NCBI GenBank assembly: GCA_010356995.1
Contig: ML996688.1
Coordinates: forward strand, 310,001-374,000
Length of the DNA stretch: 64,000 bases
Direction: 5' to 3'
Source of the DNA: Trichodelitschia bisporula
Taxonomy: Eukaryota
The notes beneath the pieces are model-generated. The model worked only from the letters and a program-made list of their open reading frames with translations. It was not told the origin of the DNA and searched no databases. How positions within the stretch are numbered: the stretch's first letter is position 1; each line of letters starts with the position of its first letter. The translations under genes and the position numbers were made by a program. Shown piece after piece: positions 39,437 through 50,754 of the stretch.

Positions 39437-40199
39437 GGTCGGCGGAGCACTTCACACTTTGATGGTGACAGACAAGAGGTTGACGGAGACTTTGCTGAAG
39501 TCTAGAACTAATGAAAATATACACTCAGCTGTTTATCGGCCCACCCCGCACGGCTCGGGGCATTTGCCGACTATCTATGACCTCCGCGCCCGCAGCAAAC
39601 CTAGCAGGCGCTACAATGACTTCCCTGCCGTAATGGCGCCGGCGCATTTTGACGATCCTGTTCGCGATAAGCCAACCACACATCTTCATATCAGCAACGA
39701 TCAGCAACTCAATGGCCCGCGATTGGTGAGAAGCACATGCCGGGCACTGTCAGCCTGCTGCATGTTGCCTCGTGAGCCTTGGGGAAGGGAAAGGAGGGGT
39801 AATTCCCGACAACGGACCGCTATTCACAACGGAACCAGGAAGGGATGAAAAGTGGAGTTGGCAGACGCGCCGGCGGCGTGGACCGTTTCAATTCACGTGC
39901 TCGGCCCGCCTTTCGGCGAACGGCGCCTTGGCATCCCAATAGGCTTGCCGTGTTTCCGCAGTAGCTTCATGATGCTTATTTGCACGTAGATAGGAGCAAG
40001 GGAGATATGCTCGCGGTTCAAGTACAAAGTTTTAGCGGGATCTAATAGAATACCTCCTAGCCTACTGAGTACAGACATAATGCGTATCCAAGCCTCACAA
40101 GCAATCACAAAACTCCCATCCCATATCCAACCCTCCGTCCCTGAACACCAGGGGTATTAATCCAGCACCTCCCCAACGCCCGCCCTCAAACCCATCCCA

Positions 40200-42788
40200 T
40201 CACATAACCACACACCTCTCCCTCTCCTCCACCACCCCCGGCCCATGCACCGCATGAATCTGACTCGGTCTCCTCCCCCGCCCCATCCCATTCCCATGCG
40301 GAATCTGATCCACCAACGGCACCGGCCGCGAATGCCGCCGCCCAGTCGGCCCGGGCCCCGGCTGCACAGACGCATTCTGCGCATACGCGCTGGAGGACTG
40401 CCGCGACCGCACCGGCGCAGCCGGATTCGCGGGATGGCCTGAGGGTGGGTTGAAGCGCCGGTCCTTGCTGGACTGCTCGTACGTCGGCGGCGGTGGCTCC
40501 TCGTCCGGCGCGCGGGGGCGGCGAGGCGGAACGGCAGGGCGTGCGGCGGGGACGGGGGCGGGTGGTGTGCGGTGCTCCATGACTCTATCGCGGAGCTGCT
40601 CGTTGCGGCGGCGGGTGTCTTGCTCGCGTCTGTGCCTGTCTTCTTCCTCCTCCTGCAGTTGGAGCGCGAGGGCAAGATCGTGGTCTTCTTGCTCGATGCG
40701 GCTGAGGGCAGGAGAGGTAGGTTGCGGGGCAGAAGGGCTGGCGCCTATGATGCCGGTTTCTTGAGTGGTGTTGGGCTTCGAGCGCTTGCCTTGCACGGTG
40801 TTCCAGCTTCGGTCGTCGACGTCGAGCATGCTTTGCACGGGCCGTTGGCTGAGGGAGCTGTGCCGGGGCCCGGCGGGGCCGGGGCTCGGGGCGTCGTGGC
40901 TGACGGGGCGGAAGTCGCCTGAGAAGAGCTGACTTGCCTTGCCGTTTACGTCTACGAGACTTTCCCAGACGATTTCGTCGTGCGAGGAGTAGCCGGCGTC
41001 GGTGACCAACGTCAAGATCTGCCGCGATCTGGGCTCCATGTAGATGGTCGAGAAGTGGTCGTTACGGAATAAGATCGCAAACTCACCCGGGCGGAGATGT
41101 TCCCTGATCACATCCAGTCCGTACTGTGTCAGTTGAGTCGGCCACTGGGCAAGGAACTCCTTGATAGTAATCAGGTCCTCGAACAAGTCTTGTTCCTGGG
41201 GGTTCATTCCAGTCGTGGAGAGCTTCACCTCAAGCTCCTCCTCATGAAATTGGATGTTCTGTGCATCTTCATAGGTTTTCGCTGAGCGTTCAAAGGCTGC
41301 ATATTCGGCTGAATCTCTAGGTGGAAGCCATCCATGCATCAGAGGCACATTGAAGGTGCTGTACAGGCGCATCTCTCGAGTCTCCTCAAATCCGCCGGGT
41401 TGAGTAAGCGGCCGGAGTGCGGGATGCATATCCATCGATGCACGGTCCGGCTTGAAGGTGAATCTCGGGTTGACGTTCATACCAGTGTGGAGCGTAAGAA
41501 GAAACTTGTACAGATCGTCGACATCTGGTAACTCCTGGGTTGAGCCGCGCCGCCCAGACATCAACTCATCAAACACGACATCGAGCAAAAGGCCAAGACT
41601 AACGTGCTCCCTCGTCCTCAGTGCCTCCACGAGGGCAGTCTGCTCTGAAGCCGGAGTGGAGAGGGCTAAAGCGTTAACCAGTGCCAGAAGCGGGCAAGGA
41701 CCGTTTGCATTTTGCGTGAGGATTGGCGAGAGGCGGGTCGTCTTTGCCGCTGCATCATACCACCGAATGTGCTTGATCTGGTAATTCTCCTTCTTCTGTC
41801 GCTTCATCACAGCACCAGGCGACTCTGCTTTCGGTGTCGATTGCACAGGTTGATCCGTATCGATTGGTATGAGTTGTTGGAATTGCGCATCATTAGCACG
41901 CGGATTCACGGAATTAGGGACTTTTGGAGGCGTGACTGGCGGAGTTGCGGCCTGCGGAGATGTGACCGGCGGAGATGTGATCGCCGAGCCACTCCATGCC
42001 TGCCTCTCTACCGAAGCTGCATGCGCAGCTTCTTTTCCCTTTGTCTCTTGACCGCGCGGAATAGATGTCTGTTGATTCCTCCAAGCGTGCTGTGGATTGA
42101 TGACATCCGTTTCCGAGTCGACAGGAATCAAAGCTGGCTGAGCCGACTGCGGTGACAAAGGAATGGGCTCGTCCAAAAGCGACATCTGTGCAATTTTGCC
42201 AACAGGTGGTCCATCCGCAGGAAGCTCAGCCAGCGGAGCCGAGCTGCTCAACGGCGTAACCCACACATTTTCGCTACTATCTCCCCCAAACAACCTATGC
42301 CCAGTGCTGCCCGAGTTCTGCGGGCGCAAGAACGGATTGTGGCCCTGAGGCGGGGGTGGTCGGGGAGGTGAGTAGGCCGACGTCAACGGCACATTGACGT
42401 CGAAATAGGATTCCCTCGGTTTCGCAGGCGAGCCTGCTGGTGGACCAGCGCGCAGTGATGCCGGGACACCCGGAGACTTGCTGCCTGCACTTGGTGGAGC
42501 CGGTGCTCCGGCGCGGAGCGCAGCAGGCAGGACAGGTTTAGAGTTGTGTGGTGCATCACCGTCCATCTCGTCCCAGTCCGGGTCCGAGCGATCCCACTCG
42601 TCGTCGCTATCGTCCGATGGTGATGATGCGCTGGGATTGGGGGCGGTTGCGGATGTTGCGGCCGGCGGCAAGGAGGAGGCAGCAGTAGCGGGCATTGGCG
42701 AATGGGTAACGGGCGCCGATGAGTTCGGTTCGTCGTAAGGGCTTCCTTTTGCAGGAGAAGCCGCGGGGTGTGGTTTGCGTACAACCAT
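40200..42788 (-). CDS. MINDY-family (DUF544) deubiquitinase
   Basis: Catalytic motifs TQNANGPCPLLALVNAL and LFRNDHFST; LHTGMNVNPRF; LVTDAGY..EIVWESL; MIU-like EDHDLALALQLQEEE; disordered termini; ends CVVM. Confidence 0.9.
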   Translation of the reverse strand: MVVRKPHPAASPAKGSPYDEPNSSAPVTHSPMPATAASSLPPAATSATAPNPSASSPSDDSDDEWDRSDPDWDEMDGDAPHNSKPVLPAALRAGAPAPPSAGSKSPGVPASLRAGPPAGSPAKPRESYFDVNVPLTSAYSPPRPPPPQGHNPFLRPQNSGSTGHRLFGGDSSENVWVTPLSSSAPLAELPADGPPVGKIAQMSLLDEPIPLSPQSAQPALIPVDSETDVINPQHAWRNQQTSIPRGQETKGKEAAHAASVERQAWSGSAITSPPVTSPQAATPPVTPPKVPNSVNPRANDAQFQQLIPIDTDQPVQSTPKAESPGAVMKRQKKENYQIKHIRWYDAAAKTTRLSPILTQNANGPCPLLALVNALALSTPASEQTALVEALRTREHVSLGLLLDVVFDELMSGRRGSTQELPDVDDLYKFLLTLHTGMNVNPRFTFKPDRASMDMHPALRPLTQPGGFEETREMRLYSTFNVPLMHGWLPPRDSAEYAAFERSAKTYEDAQNIQFHEEELEVKLSTTGMNPQEQDLFEDLITIKEFLAQWPTQLTQYGLDVIREHLRPGEFAILFRNDHFSTIYMEPRSRQILTLVTDAGYSSHDEIVWESLVDVNGKASQLFSGDFRPVSHDAPSPGPAGPRHSSLSQRPVQSMLDVDDRSWNTVQGKRSKPNTTQETGIIGASPSAPQPTSPALSRIEQEDHDLALALQLQEEEEDRHRREQDTRRRNEQLRDRVMEHRTPPAPVPAARPAVPPRRPRAPDEEPPPPTYEQSSKDRRFNPPSGHPANPAAPVRSRQSSSAYAQNASVQPGPGPTGRRHSRPVPLVDQIPHGNGMGRGRRPSQIHAVHGPGVVEERERCVVM

Positions 42789-43762
42789 CGTGGCCGATGG
42801 TGGATGTGATCTGAAGTGGTGAAACTGTGGGTACGGAGGAGATCTTGCGTTGCGGCTTGTGTTGCGCTTCGATGGGGCCTACGTAATCTGCGTGTTACAT
42901 GCAGGCAGCCTCGCGTAGGAGCCGCCAAGCAAGGGGAAGAGTGGCTGGAGTGGGGGGGCGACTGGCGTGTGCCGGCTCCGCCTTTGTCGATACGAAGGTC
43001 TTTACAAGCACGCCGGTGAATACGACCGATATGTATTCACTTGAGCGACATGTGGCATCTTTCGCGGCGATGATGTCGTTGCCTAGCTGCGGCAACGGCT
43101 ATGGCTGACAGGGACGAAACCTGCCCCGCGCCATACCCTACCGCAATGCATTACCACGAACACACCCAGGTCCAGAACCGTGTCGGTTCTCTCTGCCTGC
43201 TGGCTGTTGGTCGAGCGGGGGAGGGGGTGGATGGCGTATGGAGCCCGAACCCAAGCCGGGATGATGGACCTTGCAATCGGAGTGCCCGCTCCTAATCTAA
43301 GAATGTATATTCTAATCGTCTACAGTTTGTCCATGCAAACTGAATGATTAGATAGGCACACATGCGTTTCGGTGGCTCCTCTGGGCATTTGACACCCCAC
43401 GCGCGGGTCGTCTCAGGACTGCCGGATCGAAAGGCGGCATTTCTGGGCTGCAGGCTAGACTACGCGCACTCCATCTGGAATGTGTTGTTTAAAAGCGCCG
43501 TGCGGATGTAGAATCCAATGAATCAGGTACGGCATCAGGCTTCCCATTCTCACGGCATCTTTTTTTCTTGAGCTCGGGTTGAAATGGGTTTCCATATCAT
43601 ATATATGGTCAGGATGAATCACGGCAAGTAAGCAAGTGGTTGTGGGGTGTAGTCTCAATTGAAATGGAAAGGGTATCTAGGCCGGTAGCCACCATCCCAT
43701 GAACGCCGTGGAAACTCCATCTAGGATCCGAAACTCCTCACCAATCATAACCTTCATAACAT

Positions 43763-44384
43763 TCATGTCCTCTTTCCGGACTTCTTGGAATTCGAACGTT
43801 GTTTGCTCGGAGTAGGGAAGGCGATGTTGTTGCAGGCCTTGCGGTGTCTCCGCTTCTGAACCTTCCCAGTCTTCCGTGCACTCGACGTGGATGGGCGCTT
43901 CGCGTTGGAGGCTTCGTCAACATCCATGTCTGTAGTGAGAACACAGTTAGCTCGTGTTTTTGAACAGGTCCGTCTCGAGCGAAAGCTCTCCGTCATACTG
44001 GAATCCCACGAGGTCTGTAGACAAGCCAAGAAACGTGTAGAACGCTTCGTCTTCCGCGGTCTCAATGACCGGTTCGTCACCTTTACCGACCACCAACGAT
44101 GGAGGAATAGGGCATGAAACACGGAAAGACAAACCTTCGGCTTGGGTATCCACAGGTTTTTGTTCGATTTCTGGGGACGTTAGTATGAGGGACAGGTGAT
44201 GCGGGTGAGGTGTAAGCGGACCTTTGGTGGTGTCGACATCCATGTCAGGCTTTTCTTGTGCGATGAGCTCTTGAAGTTTCTTGGACAGGCGCTCGGTGCG
44301 AGCAGCCTCAGTGGGCGCGAACACGGCGTTGCGCAGCTTCGAACGCTGCGACTTCTTGACGCTGGAGCGCAGACCCTTCGCCAT
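43763..44384 (-). CDS. DUF2423 (YBL028C-like) small basic protein, 3 exons
   Basis: MAKGLRSSVKKSQRSKLRNAVFAPTEAARTERLSKKLQEL. Introns 44171-44221 and 43930-44134 give the basic tail EDMDVDE...GKVQKRRHRKACNNIAFP. Confidence 0.85.
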
Positions 44385-45398
44385 GGCGAGATGTGGGGTG
44401 GATGGAAGAAGGGGTGTTGTGTTGTGCTGCAGTGGTAGATGAGGGGGCGGTGATCTACAATGACGAACAGAGGAAAGTTTGAGGGGTGACGTTTGCGTTT
44501 TGAATGGGAGTAGCAGAAGAGTACTTCGAAGGCGGAGAGAGAGCTACTTTAAGTGGATGCCGAAAAAATCCAGTCACCGTGACCCGCTGCTGAATATCTC
44601 GGACTCCGGGTGAATAATGTTCCGTGAAAGCAGAATGTGGCACAGTTGTACGTGTGGCGCAGGATATAGCGACAGTGACCTGTGGACTCCCCCAATTGTT
44701 TCCCTGCCCATTTCTTCCAAACACGCCAGGAATGCTTGCTTCTAGGTCACAGAATTATCATACCCCTCGGCGTACGACTGGCGAGTGAGTCAGATTCCTA
44801 AATAACCCTCCACCAACATCTTGAATCTTGAGTACCCGTTCCGGCCCTTGAGCTCCCTTCAAAGGTACGCTAATCCTTTGTTTCTTTGGGTTCGTTTTCC
44901 GAATATAAAGACCGATGGCCCCAGCTGCTGCTATATAGGCTTCAGCAAATTCTAGCGAAAAGCCAGTGTCCGCTGCGTAAAGCCGTGAGGAGAACTCTCT
45001 CTGCTCTGTTAAGCGCGTTCCCGGTCCTGCACTATTGGCGGATATTTCCGTGAGACTTTACGTTCAGGCCCATATACAAGCCTAAGGTGTCAAATCATTC
45101 CACGAGTGCGCCCCCATCAAAGTCACGCATCATCCTCATTCAGCAACGGCGACGAGTCTGCCTTCCCTCCGCTCAGTCCGCACAGCGCCGTTTGAAAGAT
45201 TGCCATGCAGCTCAGGCTTTCCACCAGTCGCCTCATTACTCTTCTCTATCCCTCCGCATCCTCTGCCGCTCACTACATTGACTTTCGACTTCGCATTCCG
45301 TACAGCTTTTGAGCCGCATCAGCTAATCCCCGCCTTCGCAGCATTGCGCACCTCTCCACCATCACCCGCGTCGCTTGGAACGAGCCGTCATCGCACAC

Positions 45399-47423
45399 AT
45401 GGCTTCGCATGCCAATTCCCTTCCCCAGAGGGAGGGACCCCTCATCGCACGGGTAAAAGGTCTGCTTAATGCCACACTCAGAACGATATGCCGCCAGGAG
45501 AATCTACAGGTGTCTGGAGTCAAAGCCCAGCTCCAGGAGCGCATAATCTCTCGTATGTACAAGCTCTAGCCTTCGCGCTTACTTTCTGACCCATCGGATC
45601 CGGTTCGCAGACATCCGCGATATCGTTGACCGGGGCGACGCACAGAGCTTTGAGTCCCTCGTGCATCTCGTCGACCCCCAGGGCACCCTCCCAAAGCCAC
45701 CCATCAAGACAGCACCAGTACACCCAGCTGCCACTCCTGCAAGTATACAGGCACCCAGCAACTATCCCTCGCATATACCCTACGGAATGCCAGGCATGCC
45801 ACCGGGAGCGCCACAATCTCGTTATAGCAGTCAGTCTACCTGCGGCCGTACACGGTATACTGATTCGTTTGCAGCTCGACTGAGGTTCAAGCCGTCACCA
45901 TTCTTCGAGGTCATAGAACCTCTAACAAATGCCCTGGAGCTTCCTGGTAGGCATCTGTCCCCGTTTTTTCGCACTTGGAAGCTGACCAGATAGTAGTCTA
46001 CTCGGAGCACCGGAACACCCTAACCCTAACGCTCTCCCTCACCCCCGAACACGCCCAGCAGTTGCGATCGAACAGCAACATGCGGATCATGCTGTATTGT
46101 ACCGCTGATAGTCACCATCAGTTTGCAATGTCGGACGTTGCTTTCCCGGCGCAACTGGAAGTCAAAGTGAACGGCGAAGAAGTGCGGAGCAACTTCAAGG
46201 GCATCAAGAACAAGCCAGGTTCCACACGGCCGGCGGATATCACTGCGTTTGTCAAGCAGAAGCAGCTGAACTATAAGAACAGCATCACGGTGACATATGC
46301 GCTCACCAACAAGGTTCGTCGTGAAATAAGCTCTAAACCTTTACATCCTAATTCTGGTATAGAAGTACTGGATGGTACCGTTCCTGGTCAAGAAGCAGTC
46401 GGTAGATGAGCTTGTTGCTGCTATTACAAAGCGGAGTGTCATCTCGAAGCAGCGAGTGCTCCGAGATAGTAAGTCTGCCTACTTACCCGTGCAACTCTCT
46501 CTAACGCCAGTCAAGTGCAGGCAAAGGCTTCCGACCCCGACATCGAAGTCGGAGTGTCCGTGTTGTCGCTCAAGGACCCTGTATCCTACGGCCGGATCTC
46601 TACCCCCTGTCGCGCCAACTCCTGCACGCACAACCAGTGCTTCGACGCTGCCTCCTTCCTGCAGATGCAAGAACAAGCTCCACTGTGGTCGTGCCCGATA
46701 TGCAGCAAACCGGTCAAGTATGATGACCTTGCTGTGGACGAGTATGTCAAAGACATCCTCCAGTCCACGCCCCAGTCGGCAGAGAGCGTCCAAGTCCAGC
46801 CAAACGGAGAGTGGACCTATGGCGGCAACAACTCCCAGGGATCGAAACGTAATGGCGTGTCCCAAGACGCCTATGACAGTGATGATGATAAATGCATAGA
46901 AGTCACGGGGTTAAGAACGATAGTCAAGGGAGAGTCCGGTACGCCGTCCATGCCGCCGCCCTTAATCCCAATTCGACCGTTCCCGAACGGCAACAGCACA
47001 TCGTCCACCAACCTCTCAACGCCCGGACCCGGCCAGAAGCGCAAATCCATCGTCATCGACCTAACAGAGAGCGACGACGAAGACGCACGTCCCGCCAAAC
47101 GCCCCGCGCTCGGTACCCCCGTTTTTACGCCCACGCAGAACGGGTTCTCACTCCCCAGGCCGCCCTTTGCTTACCGCTCCGCCTCCGCTAATTCCCCAGG
47201 CGTACAGATGCGGGTTCCGAACAGCGGGTTGAACAGCGTGTCAAGAGCGAGGATGGTCTCTTCCTCTTCGACCCATTCCACTTCCTCGACTAACACGCCT
47301 ACGCCGCTTCCCTCCCTCACCGCGACTAATCTGGCCATGTTCGATACGACCCGGAGAGCATCGGGGGATAATCCTGGGGGCGGGACACCGCGGAACCAGT
47401 ACGGCCCGCCGAATGGCTGGTAG
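45399..47423 (+). CDS. SIZ1: PIAS/Siz-type E3 SUMO ligase (SAP, PINIT, SP-RING), ~6 exons
   Basis: SAP-like LNATLRTICRQENLQVSGVKAQLQERI; PINIT region FKPSPFF, FKGIKNKPGSTRPADIT; SP-RING LSLKDPVSYGRISTPCR..CTHNQCFDA..WSCPIC; SIM-like IVIDLTESDDED. Confidence 0.93.
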
Positions 47424-48420
47424 TGTGACTTACGGGTTCAGGTTCGATCCCGCGTGGCTTTATGCATGGCCGATACTGTACTGGTCCTCGGGCGCTTCTT
47501 GAGTGCGGCGGTGGGGCATGGGTGTTGTTATATGGTTCGGGATTTCGGGTTGCATTAGCGTTGGTGCTCAGGTGCTTTCGGATCGGCGGGAATTTCACGG
47601 CTTTTTCGGGCGATATGTAAGATGGGACGGGAGTCAATGGGTCCGGCGCTTTATTCATGCGGGATCGGATAACGAGGTCTCTATGGGATGGCGAAGGGGA
47701 TGCGGGAGTGGGTAGAATATACCTGATGATACCATATTTGTTCGTTCGCGGTGCCAGCGCGTGTATCGCCGTGTTCGATCCATGCGCAGGTGGCGGGTCG
47801 TTGTTGAGGGCCAGGCGGGAGGGAAGGAGCGATGCCTGAGGGTTGATGAATGATATGTCTGATGTGGTTATGGAAGGAGCATTATTATGTAAGCAGGGAC
47901 ATGATGTAATGCGAGTATTATGTAAGGAAGGAGCAAAGGAGAGTACCTGGCATCGTATATTTAAACCTCGAGAGTCTCTGACTCTCTTCATCTCCTCGTC
48001 TTTCATCAACTTTTCACAATCACCATATTGTATGCACGTACCAGTGAGTCCTGCCATACATCAAGGTCTCCCGATAACCATACCGTAGAATCCTGCTGAT
48101 GGATCTGGAGCACGGAAGCACTTGCACCCTTCGATGGCTTTTTTTCCTCCGCTCGAGGTGTCGTCAGCCGCGGTCCTGGTATAGGCCAGCGACCTTGGGG
48201 TCGTTCAGAAGAGTTCTCACGGTTTGCGTATGGAATTGGGAATCGTTCACGCCGGAGACTTGTTGCACATTTTTGACTAGTTCATCGCGCCGTAATATGT
48301 TCAACACATGTCGATCGCAGTGATGCTTCTATTTATTATGGTATGCTTCCATTCATTATCGCTCTGCGACTCCCTCAAGCACCGAAAATACGAAGCGCAA
48401 AGCAACCCCCCCCCATCCTC

Positions 48421-50754
48421 CTAACAAATCGAACTCGCCCGATCCCTCACCCTAAGCATAACCCCCTCCCTCTCCACAAGACTCTGATCCAACTCCGGCA
48501 TCCGCGGCAACCGACACTCACTCTCCGTATACGGCACCCCTGCCTGCTCCCTCGCCATATCATTAATCCAATTCGAATCCGGCAAAACCGTGCCCCCAGA
48601 ACACATCGTATCCGCGAGGTACAACCAACTGAGCGCATTGCCCACCGTGCTAACCTCGTCACTGATATGCGTCGCCGCATAGTTGCTCATCCGCTGGAAC
48701 ATCTGCTCGTCGGTAAGGAGGTAGAGGAGATGTTTTGCGACGGCACGATAGTCCCCGGGCTCGACGAGAAAGCCGTTGAGACCGTGTTGGATTTGGAGGG
48801 GTATGCCGCCCACTTTGGTCGCGATGACGGGCTTGCCTTTGTGTAAAGCTTCGCTGATTTTGACTTCGAAGCCTTCCCGCGTGGAGAGCTGGAGCCCGAC
48901 TTTTGCGCATTGGAGCAGCATGCTGAGCATCTGGTCCAGCGGGCCGAGACGCATGACCACGACGTCATTCTTGATATCCGCGTACAACCTATCCAACAAA
49001 TCCAGCGTCTCGTCATAGATCTTACTCGCATAGGGATCGTCCACGGCGCCATGGCCTGCAATCACGAGCTGCGGTATATCATCGTTCGCCCAGTCCTTCA
49101 TATACAGCCTGCGGAGCTCGGCGTAGCTCGCGATGACGTCTGGGATGCCCTTCGCTGGATCGAAGCGCGCGATCTGCGCGATGAAGTCCCGGGTTGGGTA
49201 GTCCAGCTTCGTCATGCGGAACTTGAAGCACTCGGTGTTGAACACGTTGACGTAGTGCTGCAGGCTGTATGTGTTCAGGGTCTTATTCAACCCGTCCATC
49301 CAATCCGTGCTCGCGGGCATGTAGCCCACTTTACGCATATCCAGCGTCTGGGGCACAAATTCACGCACGGGGTGGCTGATGAACACATCCGCGAGGCGCA
49401 CGCGCTCAAACAACCAGTCCCAGACATCAGCAGCCGGCGTCCCGGCCTGCGCGGTCAGGTCGGAGCGGATCTGGATGTGCGAGCGGAAGATGACCGGGCG
49501 GTCGGGGTCGACTTCCTTGCTGATCTTGATGACCTCAGGCATCTGCGGATCATCGACGATGATGATATCGGCGCCGCCTTCGGAGCGGGGCCGCAGGGGG
49601 CCGTTCTCTGCGAGCCAGTACCGGTTTGCGGACTCGCGGACCCATTCGTAGAGGATGGCTTGCTGTTGCGCGGAGAGGCTTTCGCCGGGCTCGGCGACGC
49701 CTTGTAGGATGTTGTGGTTTGTTTTCGTGATGCGGAAGGCTTCGGGTTTGAAGACGGGGACGTACCTGAGGGAAAAGAGTTAACAGAGCGCGAGTGCGGG
49801 CGGTCGCTCACGGATGACTGACCATCTGGCATCGACACCGACGGAACGGAAGAAGCGGATGAGGGCGTGTCTCATGAGAGCTACGCCGCCGCCCTGTGGG
49901 GTGCTGTTGAAGAAGGCGAGTTTGATGTTCTTCTCCTTGATACTGGCGATGTAATGCATGACTGCCTTCCATGTCTCCGGACTGACAGTCTGTTTGTAGT
50001 TCGAAACTGACGCGATCCGCACGTGGCCGTTGGCATCCACCTCGACTTCATTACGGTAGCCGACCTGTACCCGAGGCTGCTGGTTGGGTCCGAAGTACCT
50101 TTTGCCAACATCAATATTAACTCTTCGCTGCTAGGGGAAAGACACCCACATGAGGCACTTCCTAGCCATGGAATCAGCCTCCTCATCTAGCGTCGGATGC
50201 GACTTCCTGCCACGGGGATACTCGAGCCCGCGACTGAAGATCATGGGCACAAGGTCAAGAACCGACCAGAGCCTAGCCGGCAGCTCGGGACAAAGGCTCG
50301 CCAACTCAGCCGTGATGCCGATGCCGAGAAACTTGAAGTAGTGGCTTGTGCAGTACTCCCTGAGCAAGGTGACCAACCACTCAGCGAGCTCAGACGGCGG
50401 GTTGTCCATGAGGATGTCGACCGTGCGCACGGAGAAGTCGATGCTGTACGTGCCATCGTGGCACGCAAAGCCAATGTCCACGAGCCCGTTGCCACGATTG
50501 TAAGCCGCTATTCCGGCGAAGAGGGGCTAGGTTTGTGAGTATGGAAATCGGCGAGGGGTGGGCCTTACCGTAAGGCTGATGCCAAAGTCCTTGGACTGTT
50601 CCTGCGAGGCCTTTTGCCGCATTGCGTGCTGGCGGGAGGGCCGGCCTTGGAAGGCATGCTCGATGGTGCCGTGCGCTTGGTCTAGCTTTGCTATGGTGAC
50701 AGAGCGTACACGCTCGAGGGGGAGTGTCCCCGGGCTTGGAGGGCTCCAAGGCAT
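48421..50754 (-). CDS. ccg-9: Trehalose synthase/trehalose phosphorylase, GT4 family (ccg-9-like), 4 exons
   Basis: HDGTYSIDF, DEEADSMARKCLM|YFGP, FFNSTPQGGGVALMRHALIRFF, FRITKTNHNILQG, IVDDPQMP, FRSHIQIRSDL, QIARFDPAKGI, QLSTREGFEVKISEALHKG, DEVSTVGNALSWLYLA. Start at 50754 is the most plausible ATG. Confidence 0.9.
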
